Positions 25,407 to 33,990 of a DNA stretch of 64,000 nt are shown one piece after another. This DNA comes from Schmidtea polychroa (lineage: Eukaryota): the NCBI GenBank assembly GCA_044892525.1, contig CM097885.1, forward strand, positions 162,564,001 to 162,628,000, given 5' to 3'. Each line of letters starts with the position of its first letter. Positions within the stretch are counted from its first letter, which is position 1. Both the position numbers and the translations under genes were made by a program. A model generated the notes under the pieces. The model was not told where the DNA came from. It worked only from the letters and a program-made list of their open reading frames with translations, and searched no databases.

Positions 25407-25839
25407 ATGTCTACTATAAATAGTATCCTATTAGAAGAAAATAGTACATCAGTTATAGGTATGGTATGTAAACCTCCTATTCAATTCCTTCAATATAATA
25501 TGTACTATTTGAAATATCCTATTACTTATTCGTTCAAGGTAATTTTTTATTTAATTATTTAATATTAATTTGTTATAGGAACCAGTTAATTTAAAAACAT
25601 GTCAATTCAATATTCAAATTGGAGATATTGGGGAAGAAGATAGAAAAAATCTTGGAGAAATTCTTAAATTAATTAATAAAGAAATGATTTTTAATGAAAA
25701 ATTTACATTTATCAATTGTGAAAAAGGGTGTAAATTAGACGAAGATAAAAAATCAAAAGTGCGAATACTTATTCAAGGAGTCAAGATAAATGGAGTTATA
25801 ATTAAACCAATTTGGAAAATTACAAATGTTTTTGAATAA
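25407..25839 (+). CDS. Spliced 130-aa ORF, possible OB-fold ssDNA-binding protein (exons 25407-25538, 25579-25839)
   Basis: ATG 25407; 40-nt phase-0 intron GTAATT...TTATAG (25539-25578); exon 2 open for 87 codons to TAA inside AATAAA. The SSB call rests only on the C-terminal KVRILIQGVKINGVIIKPIWKI strand pattern and its position next to pPolB. Confidence 0.7.
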
Positions 25840-25914
25840 ATATTTAAGTGTTATTTTAAATGTTGTTGAAAAAAATTTTAAAGTTAATAAGTATTTAATA
25901 AGGGTCAGATTATT

Positions 25915-26945
25915 ATTAAAGAGTACTGCATGCTCACTGCAGACTATTATGTAGCTACGTGCTCACTGTAGACTACATTATTATATTAAAGAGTACTGCA
26001 TGCTCACTGCAGACTATTATGTAGCTACGTGCTCACTGTAGACTACATTATTATCATTATAAAAAAAATTTGCGAGGGATTTCCCCTTATTTCAAAATAA
26101 ATATCATTAATAATAATTTCATTATAAAATATTATTTAAAAATGTTAATAATTTCATCATTATAAAAAAATTTTACGAGGGATTTCCCCTTATTTCAAAA
26201 TAAATATCATTAAAAAATAACATTAATAATAATTTCATTATAAAATATTATTTAAAAATGTTAATAATTTCATCATTATATAAAAAAAAATTTTTACGAG
26301 GGATTTACCCTTATTTCATTATAAAATTTTATTTAAAATATTAGTAAAATATTAGATTATAAAAAATGAGTGAATTTCCTCTTAAGATCAAATAAAATTT
26401 TATTAAAAAATTATATAAAAATATCATTAATAATCATTAAAAAATATTAGTAATTTCATCTTATAAAATTTTATAAAAAATTGATAAAAATACTTACATT
26501 TGACATTTTTGTTCATAGTTTCATTCATTTCAGAATTTTTGTTCATTTTCATAGTTTTTTAGTTTCAATCTTTTTTATCTAAAAAATAATTAAATTTTAA
26601 TAATTAAAAAATAAAATTCTTACAATCCTTGGTACTAGCAAATTATGAGCAAATTTTAAAAACAAATCATTTATATACTTCTTCTTCTACTTAATACATT
26701 ACGTAATAATTAAAGGATTAAATTTGATACCATGCGTAATAATTAAAAGATTAAATAACTTACATAATAATTAAAGGATTAAATAACTTGCATAATAATT
26801 AAAGGATTTAATACCTTACATAATAATTAACTTAATTAAAGATTTAGTTTAATAATCAACTAAAATTTAAATTTTAATAATCAATTATATTGAATTAATA
26901 ATCAACTAAAAATTTATTGAAATAATCAGCTAAAATTTATTGAAA
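25915..26945. repeat. Non-coding repeat-array spacer inside the Polinton
   Basis: 2 x 70-bp unit (25921, 25991); 3 x GAGGGATTT(C/A)CCCTTATTTC units (about 26074, 26177, 26298); ~28-bp TAATAATTAAAGGATT array (26700-26830); AATAATCAACTAAAATTT repeats. Confidence 0.8.
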
Positions 26946-26966
26946 ACAACTTTTTATTATAAAAAT

Positions 26967-27345
26967 TTATTTCATTGACTTTAACCAAGCCAAACAATGT
27001 TGTCCACATGTTTTTGTTATAGGGTTTTGGTAACGTATTCGATTGTATTCAATCGGCATTGACATTGATTGTAGTTTATTGATTAATATAGGTGGATAAT
27101 AGAATCCCATTGGATCAAATGCATATATTTTGTCTGGTTTCACGTATACTGCAAGCCAATGTTCACCATTCAGATTAGCAGATTGAGTATTTACAATTAT
27201 TGCTTTGTTGACATCTAAATAAGGTATTTTGTCTAATGGGAAAACACCTAGAAATTCTTTTCCTAGTAATTTTCTTCCGATAACATGTATCTGAATAGAA
27301 CTAAATTAATAATAATTAAATAATTTAAATTAATTCTTACTTCAT
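26967..27345 (-). CDS. Adenain-type cysteine protease (PRO), spliced: exon 1 27345-27341 (ATGAA), exon 2 27300-26967; 112 aa
   Basis: Removing the 40-nt GTAAGA...TTTAG intron (27340-27301) gives MNSIQIHVIG...FLGVFPLD...IVNT...GEHWLAV...FDPMG...Q...TCGQHC, with the His, Asp, Gln and Cys catalytic motifs. Confidence 0.92.
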
Positions 27346-27379
27346 ATTTGATTAATTGATTTTCGATATTTGGTTTATA

Positions 27380-28603
27380 TTATACCAAAACAGTACGAGT
27401 AGATGTAATTTGAATTTCTTTTTCAAAAACTCCATATACGATTACAGAAACAGCTTCAGTAAGTGAAGATGCGAATTTAATATCTAATCGCAAATTTCCA
27501 CTTTGTGGTAACTGACTTTGATGAAGATCAAAATCTGGTGCCAATACGAATGTAAAGAATGGATACTTGCTCTTAAAATCAGACATGGTGATACCACAAT
27601 TCATATTTTTATTTAGATAACCCATATTTCTAATAATCGATTGCATATAACTTGTACTATAATCATCATTCTCAAAATCTTGACTATATTTTTCGCGATA
27701 ATCACTTCCTTTACTTAAAGTTATGGACTTGACATTAAAGTGATCAAATAAAGAAAATGATTCTGAAAACGATCCACTAAATCTTTTACTAGATTGAAAT
27801 GCAACAAGTATAAAATTAGGTAATCGTCTATCTCCAAATATTTGTTCTTTATAAAAAGAGGAAGAACCAATAGGTAATGAGAAATCAACAACTTCTTTGC
27901 TTCTTAAAGGATAAATTGCATTTTTGGTAGACAGACCAATTTGATGTCCTGCCAAAACCGATGGTTCAACACGAACTCTTCTAACCATTAATTTTGCGTC
28001 TAATAATAAAATTTTCGGTTCAATTTTCGCACAAGTTAAACTAAGTGTTGGATTTGATCTTGTTAATTTAATTTGAACACTAACACCTGGTAGTAAATAT
28101 TTAGGTTGATCAAAGAAATCAAATTGAAGTGGGGAACATAAAGAAAAGGATTTTGATTTTTCAATCCATGTTTTTCTCGTAAGATCTTTGTTAGTATACC
28201 CCATTCCACCTAAAGATGTTCGTTTAGTATCTCCGTCATAATTTATAAGTGTTTCAATTAATGCTTTGTGGGCAAATCTATCATTTGATCCTTCAACTTT
28301 GATTGAATTAAAAATTAATTCAACATCTTTAAAAAGGGTTTGGAAGAAGAAATTATTTGGAATTACTTCTGATTCGCCTAAATTCTCACCTAAATTATTA
28401 ACAACTTTCAATTGAATATATAACAAAGTATCATTCAAATCTAAATATTCAGTCTGCGATCCATTTATGTAAAATTGAATCGAAGAAGAACCGGCATCTG
28501 TAATTGAATTTCTTGGGTATACATCTTCAAATGCTCCATGTTCAATCACTGCTTGGGGAGAAGGTCTATCAAAAAGACATAATTCTGATTTAGCACTAAT
28601 CAT
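27380..28603 (-). CDS. Major capsid protein (double jelly-roll, Polinton PY/hexon-like)
   Basis: KSELCLF N-terminus, YLDLNDTLLY, QFDFFDQPKYLLPGVSVQIKLTRS and GNLRLDIKF; 407 aa; sits in the structural block. Confidence 0.9.
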   Translation of the reverse strand: MISAKSELCLFDRPSPQAVIEHGAFEDVYPRNSITDAGSSSIQFYINGSQTEYLDLNDTLLYIQLKVVNNLGENLGESEVIPNNFFFQTLFKDVELIFNSIKVEGSNDRFAHKALIETLINYDGDTKRTSLGGMGYTNKDLTRKTWIEKSKSFSLCSPLQFDFFDQPKYLLPGVSVQIKLTRSNPTLSLTCAKIEPKILLLDAKLMVRRVRVEPSVLAGHQIGLSTKNAIYPLRSKEVVDFSLPIGSSSFYKEQIFGDRRLPNFILVAFQSSKRFSGSFSESFSLFDHFNVKSITLSKGSDYREKYSQDFENDDYSTSYMQSIIRNMGYLNKNMNCGITMSDFKSKYPFFTFVLAPDFDLHQSQLPQSGNLRLDIKFASSLTEAVSVIVYGVFEKEIQITSTRTVLV

Positions 28604-28998
28604 TTTTCAAAGATGGTACCATATCCTTTCATTCTTTTGTTTATATGTTTCTTCATAATTTTTCGGCGTTTAAGTATTCCGCCTTTTTGTTCTTTATCAT
28701 TTTTAAATACATCGGATACTTTATTAATTACTTCAGGTAAATGTTGCATCACAGCTGGTAATGATTCTTTAATTTCAGAAATTGCATTTGATTTTAAAGC
28801 AGGCAAGATATTTGCATTGTTATTTATTACGTCATTAGCTGTTTTCATACCAAAATTTCCTATTCGTCTAAGAATTGGGAGTGCAAATCTACCTATTGTC
28901 TTCAACCAACCGGTTCCATATTGTTTACCAACAAAATATGGTAAATCACCACCCGATTGGTTACTACTATAAAAATGTATTATGTCAGGATTACTCAT
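28600..28998 (-). CDS. Small virion-associated protein with amphipathic segment (pVI/pX-like)
   Basis: QSGGDLPYFVGKQYGTGWLKTIGRFALPILRRIG pattern as in small conserved Polinton ORFs; basic C-terminus. Confidence 0.7.
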   Translation of the reverse strand: MSNPDIIHFYSSNQSGGDLPYFVGKQYGTGWLKTIGRFALPILRRIGNFGMKTANDVINNNANILPALKSNAISEIKESLPAVMQHLPEVINKVSDVFKNDKEQKGGILKRRKIMKKHINKRMKGYGTIFEK

Positions 28999-30007
28999 TT
29001 ATTTTACGAAAATGTAATGTCAAGTATGTTTTATCTTCTTTTCCAAATATATATTTTCCACTATCATCTCGTATATTGATTTCTATATTGTTTATATATG
29101 AAGACGATACAGGTAAGTACATTGGATTCTTTTCAATTATTTGTACTAAATCATCTTTTTTATGTTTTTCCACCCAAATACATTTCAAAAGAGGGACCAA
29201 TGTATCACCAACAATAATAGGTTCGATAATATTTGTATAGATCATCAATTGTTGATTGCGTTGTAATACTTCAGGTTCTTTAAAACCAATAATAAGTTTG
29301 TCAGTATATGCTTCTTCTAATAATCCTAAACTATTGGCTAAAAATTTACTAAATTGAACTTTACTGACATCATCATCCATTACAATTTTAACGATTTTTC
29401 CTTTTTGAATATCAACAGATTTAAATGGACGAGGATAAAAGAGTGATAGTTGATCATTTATTTGTGAAAGATCTGTAATGATATTTTCTTCGAATGTATC
29501 TGTATACTCGACATCGTAATAATATTGTATAGTTAATCGAATTGTATCAAACTTTATTTTTCGATTATTTGGAGGAATAGTGATTTGGTTCAAGGCTTTT
29601 TTAAAAGTTATTTCTTTTTCTGAAAATCCCAATTTTTGCGCTTCTTTAATACTATCGAATTCTACTTTAAAAGGAAAATATTTACAATTAATGTTCAATG
29701 TATTTCCATCAATATATATTAAATAAAATGGAGAGTCGTGACTGATTGTATATTCATTTTTTTCTTGGTTAAAGTAAAAGTATTCATAACTTGTATGTAA
29801 TACACTTTTACTATATTTGACATTTGAATTACTGTAAAAAGGAAAATAATTATACACAAAGGTAAAGTCCATGAGAGCTACTTCCCATTCACCATCCAAG
29901 TAAATAGGATTTTGAAATTCGACATTAAATTTACCAGCTTCATTATTTGGATGAGTCTGAGGACAACTATTAGAAGGTAAATTCACATAAAAATCTTTTT
30001 TAATCAT
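28991..30007 (-). CDS. Minor capsid protein (penton-like), paralog B
   Basis: FYVNLPSNS...FQNPIYLDGEWEVAL N-terminus; IYTNIIEP...VPLL...NPMYLPV...NIEINIRDDSG...LTLHFRK C-terminus. Confidence 0.88.
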   Translation of the reverse strand: MIKKDFYVNLPSNSCPQTHPNNEAGKFNVEFQNPIYLDGEWEVALMDFTFVYNYFPFYSNSNVKYSKSVLHTSYEYFYFNQEKNEYTISHDSPFYLIYIDGNTLNINCKYFPFKVEFDSIKEAQKLGFSEKEITFKKALNQITIPPNNRKIKFDTIRLTIQYYYDVEYTDTFEENIITDLSQINDQLSLFYPRPFKSVDIQKGKIVKIVMDDDVSKVQFSKFLANSLGLLEEAYTDKLIIGFKEPEVLQRNQQLMIYTNIIEPIIVGDTLVPLLKCIWVEKHKKDDLVQIIEKNPMYLPVSSSYINNIEINIRDDSGKYIFGKEDKTYLTLHFRKINE

Positions 30008-31025
30008 TTATTTTACGAAAATGTAATGTCAAGTGTGTTTTTGTATCTCTACTAAATTTTATTAATTTTCCACTATCATCTCGTATATTGATTTCAATGT
30101 TGTTTATAGAAGAATTAGAAATTGGTAGATACATTGGATTCTTCATTTCTAGTTGCACAATTTCTCCTTGTTCATATTTTTTTATCCAAATAGATTTCAA
30201 TAACGGAACTCTTACATCTCCAACAGTCAATGGTTCGATAATATTTGAGTAAATAAACATTTGTTGATGATGATTAAATAACTTTGGAATTTTTGTTCCA
30301 ATAATTTCTTTCTCTGTAAATGTTTGTTTCTTTAATCCCAATGTTTTTGTTAAATTTTTATCAAAGGTTATTGATGAAATGTTATCAGCAAGACTTATTT
30401 TAACCAATTCATTATTTTGTATTTTTAAATCTTTAAAGGGAGACGGATTAATTGTCATTAACTGACCATGTATTTCAGATAAAGTATTGATGTATAATTC
30501 ATCTTCGAAATAATGTTCAAATTTTGTTTTTTCAACAACACTTATAATTATACCAAATTGATCAATTGTTTTATCTTCTGTAAATTTTGGTAATTTAATT
30601 CGCAAATGATCACTATCACTAATAACCGATACTGATTTTAATCCAAATTTAATAGCATGTTCAAAATCTGGAAACGTTATTTTAAATGGAACATGTGGAC
30701 AAACAACAACCAAATTCTCATATCTTTCAATGAACATGTCAACTTCAGGAGTATTTTTAGGATTTATTACTTCAAAGGTTCGATTTGAATTATTTATTCT
30801 AAAATATTTAATTTCTTCATCCATCTTTACTTTTTCATATTGTATCAATGAATTACTGTAATAAGGAAAAGTATTATACACAAAGGTAAAGTCCATGAGA
30901 GCTACTTCCCATTCACCATCCAAGTAAATAGGATTTTGAAATTCGACATTAAATTTACTAGCTTCATTATCGGGGAAAATAAGAGGACAACTATTAGAAG
31001 GTAAAATAATATAAAAATCTTTCAT
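30000..31025 (-). CDS. Minor capsid protein (penton-like), paralog A
   Basis: Same terminal motifs as paralog B; the central ~200 aa are highly divergent. Confidence 0.88.
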   Translation of the reverse strand: MKDFYIILPSNSCPLIFPDNEASKFNVEFQNPIYLDGEWEVALMDFTFVYNTFPYYSNSLIQYEKVKMDEEIKYFRINNSNRTFEVINPKNTPEVDMFIERYENLVVVCPHVPFKITFPDFEHAIKFGLKSVSVISDSDHLRIKLPKFTEDKTIDQFGIIISVVEKTKFEHYFEDELYINTLSEIHGQLMTINPSPFKDLKIQNNELVKISLADNISSITFDKNLTKTLGLKKQTFTEKEIIGTKIPKLFNHHQQMFIYSNIIEPLTVGDVRVPLLKSIWIKKYEQGEIVQLEMKNPMYLPISNSSINNIEINIRDDSGKLIKFSRDTKTHLTLHFRKIND

Positions 31026-31030
31026 AATAT

Positions 31031-32179
31031 TTATTTAATCAATTGATTTTCAGATATCCAAGATGGAGTTTCATATCCATGCCATTTAACATAGTATTGT
31101 TTATATTTACCATCTTTTTTGGTTTTTAAAATCTTTTGAATTCTAAATATTGTAGGAGCAGGAATTACTTGGAGTTCTTGTTCATAGAATTTACCAGTGA
31201 TTGGTTTGTTTTCATGATCAACTATCACATACATGACAGGATTCTGTTTTGTATCGATTTTAAAAATTTGATATACTTCATCACTCCAATTATTATCAAA
31301 GTTTTTGATGAATGGTGAAGAATTGATTTTACTAATTCTTACATGATCACCAACCTTGTATTTCGGTTTATTGATTTTTTCTGACTTTGTTTGATTTTTA
31401 GTAAAATCTGCAGGTGTTTGTCCTTTTAATCCTCTGTGTGGTGAATGATTGTAACTGAAAATAATTTTTGGCAAAACATTTATCCAAGTTTTATTACCTT
31501 GATATACAAAATATTTTTTCAAGCGTTCTCTTAAAGTTCGATTAAATCGTTCTACGTGAGCAGCTTTGAACTGAGAAAATACCGAGTAATGGTTTATTCC
31601 TTTGATAACCTCTTTAACTTTGCTGTTATAAAATTCTTTACCTAAATCATATATTTAAAAATTAATTAATTAAATTTAATTACCTAAATCCGTTTGTAAA
31701 TTAATAGGTTTACCATCTGCAAACATTTCTTTTATCGCATCAGCCATTTCATTTGCAGATTTAGTTTTTGTAGGAACAGCACGAGCATATCTATTAAAAA
31801 CATCTATACAAGTCAGAATATATTTGTACCCCTTGTTAATTTTTGAATAAGGTATCATTTCCATCAAATCCATTTGCCATACATCATTGTTTCCAATTGT
31901 TTTGTATGGTCTTGTTGGAAAACGTTTCAACATTGGTTTATTTAAACTATATGCTAATTGATTAGATAACCATTTCTGAGTTTCTTTCTTTGAATTATTC
32001 ACTCGTTTTGTTAATTTTTCTACGCCACCAAAACCATCTGGATCTTTTGGGTTTGTCCATATGGTTTTTAACTTTTTCTCTATTGTTTTCACTTTTTTCA
32101 CTTTTGTTTTCACATTTGTTTTCACTTTTGTTTTCATTTTTTCCACTTTTGTGTTGGTTTTGTGATACGTTTCCTTCAT
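31031..32179 (-). CDS. Retroviral-like (RVE) integrase with C-terminal chromodomain; exons 32179-31684 and 31641-31031; 368 aa
   Basis: WQMDL (D1). QTDLG|KEF (D2) is restored by removing a 42-nt GT-AG intron (31683-31642). VERFNRTL (E). YYVKWHGY...SWI chromodomain. Confidence 0.92.
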
Positions 32180-32248
32180 TATTACAACAAGTTGTCAAAA
32201 TATTAAAATCTACAATATTTTTATTTGGTAATGAACTCTTGATACCCA

Positions 32249-32575
32249 TTAAGAACTTAATGATGAGATTGCACTAATTGCAGATAAGACTATAGGAATT
32301 AGTGCACCCAAGAACCCTCCTTTTTGTTTATATATTATCTTTCTCATTAGACGACGATTTTTTGTATCAACTAGAGATAAAAGTGATCTTTTATGTCTTT
32401 GCAATACTAATCTTTTAGCTTTAGTTATATTTACATTACCGCGGACAACATTTATAATAACTTCAAGTAAATCATCAATAACAAATGATGGAAAAGACTG
32501 TAAAATTGATATTCGTTTCGAATTTGGTGCCTTTATTAAAGCATTAAAATATGGTAAGCTCCGTTCAAATTTCAT
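32249..32575 (-). CDS. Basic core-like protein (pVII-like Polinton ORF), 108 aa from the ATG at 32575
   Basis: EVIINVVRGNV...LQRHK...KQKGGFLGALIP pattern. The track's start at 32620 is a non-ATG codon. Confidence 0.7.
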   Translation of the reverse strand: MKFERSLPYFNALIKAPNSKRISILQSFPSFVIDDLLEVIINVVRGNVNITKAKRLVLQRHKRSLLSLVDTKNRRLMRKIIYKQKGGFLGALIPIVLSAISAISSLSS

Positions 32576-32604
32576 TATTATTATTAATTTACGCGACGGT
32601 TTGT

Positions 32605-32757
32605 TTATAATTTGATCCACTTCTTGATTTGTTTCTTAGTTTTTGTAGTTTTTGTACCTTTTGATCCACTTTTTGTTTTCTTTGTACGTTTTGTTTTCTT
32701 GGTAATTTTCTTCGAAACACTTGGAAGATTTTTAACAACTACTTTTTTAAATGACAT
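32605..32757 (-). CDS. 50-aa Lys-rich basic protein (candidate DNA-condensing protein)
   Basis: MSFKKVVVKNLPSVSKKITKKTKRTKKTKSGSKGTKTTKTKKQIKKWIKL: 19 Lys, 1 Arg, no acidic residue. Fills the gap between the ATPase and core-like genes. Confidence 0.65.
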   Translation of the reverse strand: MSFKKVVVKNLPSVSKKITKKTKRTKKTKSGSKGTKTTKTKKQIKKWIKL

Positions 32758-32776
32758 GATTAATTTTATTTAGTTT

Positions 32777-33400
32777 TTAGTTTTGTTTATAAATCGTAAC
32801 ACCGTTTATATTAAAAATATCAGTTCTAATACGCATATCATCTGGACATTGTTGTGTAAAATCAAAAAATAAATATCCATGAGGAATTTTTGTTGCATCT
32901 TGGAATGAATCAATCAAAAATTTTCTATTATTTGGATAAGCTTGTCTTGCAAGAAAATCTATTATTGTTTGATCTCTAGGATTTTTGAAAATAATTAAAT
33001 ATTGGACATTTAAATTACGTGTTCTATGACTTCCACCTTGATGAAAAAGATTTTGTGTAATGAAAATAACTGTAACTCCACAATGTCTACTGATTTTTGT
33101 AAATAAATTATTAAAATCTTTTTCTTTATTTGCTTCCTGGTACAGATCATCGATAATAATAACATCACCTTGACGTAATCTAGATGACCAATTTTTATCA
33201 AATCCTTTAATTATTGTCATTTTTAATTTACAGAAACTGTTTTGAGTCAATCCATGTTCTTCATCTGCACCTCGATGCCAATATATTTTATTAAATTTAG
33301 ATTTAAACATGTTTGATTGTAATAAATTACATACAAATAAAGTTTTCCCGCTTCCACTAGGTCCAACTATTTGATATACTGCGTCATTTCTTAATTCCAT
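32777..33400 (-). CDS. A32/FtsK-like genome-packaging ATPase
   Basis: Walker A GPSGSGKT, Walker B IIIDD, FTKISRH, FITQN. Confidence 0.95.
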   Translation of the reverse strand: MELRNDAVYQIVGPSGSGKTLFVCNLLQSNMFKSKFNKIYWHRGADEEHGLTQNSFCKLKMTIIKGFDKNWSSRLRQGDVIIIDDLYQEANKEKDFNNLFTKISRHCGVTVIFITQNLFHQGGSHRTRNLNVQYLIIFKNPRDQTIIDFLARQAYPNNRKFLIDSFQDATKIPHGYLFFDFTQQCPDDMRIRTDIFNINGVTIYKQN

Positions 33401-33450
33401 TTTTTAATTAAATTATTTTATTTAATTTGTTTATAATTACAATAATTAGA

Positions 33451-33927
33451 ATGATCAGCAACATTAATTATAGAGGAAGATGTGTAGTTAATGGAATGAA
33501 GTTTCCATCAGGAAAACCTCAACATGTCGTGGACAGAAGTGGAAAATATCCAATTTTATTCTTCAAGAGCGGGAAATGTAGGATAATGGGATGTAAGAAA
33601 CCATTACAGGAAGGCGATCTCAAATATCAGATTCAAGATTTACAAATCCAATCAATTACATTAACGCTAGATATGGGTACATGCATTGATTTAAATGCAT
33701 TGTCAAGGAAAACCGATAGTTACTACGAGCCTGAAATATTTCCAGCTTTACGTATTCTCAAGTATAACCCCCTATGTGTAAATGTTTTTTCAAGTGGGAA
33801 AGTTGTTATATTAGGGATTAAAACATTTGATTATTTTAATCAAATTCAAGAAATTCAGAAATTCATTAAATCATTAACTATAAATATCACAACAAATGAA
33901 GAAATATTGGAATATTTATTAAGTTAA
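33451..33927 (+). CDS. TATA-binding-protein-like protein, 158 aa
   Basis: Two TBP-like repeats: ILFFKSGKCRIMGCK and YEPEIFPALRI...NVFSSGKVVILGIK, plus SNINY and IQSITLT strands. ATG at 33451 (the track uses TTG 33427). Confidence 0.85.
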   Translation: MISNINYRGRCVVNGMKFPSGKPQHVVDRSGKYPILFFKSGKCRIMGCKKPLQEGDLKYQIQDLQIQSITLTLDMGTCIDLNALSRKTDSYYEPEIFPALRILKYNPLCVNVFSSGKVVILGIKTFDYFNQIQEIQKFIKSLTINITTNEEILEYLLS

Positions 33928-33990
33928 TTAAATTAATTTAATTAATTGTGTTTAAATTAACTGAATATCTACAATAACAAAAATTCAAAA

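Noticed and set aside
31995-32249. 84-aa ORF overlapping the integrase 5' end in another frame
   Set aside because: It has an ATG abutting the upstream stop, but its content is explained by the low-complexity Lys-rich integrase N-terminus. Not supportable without conservation data.
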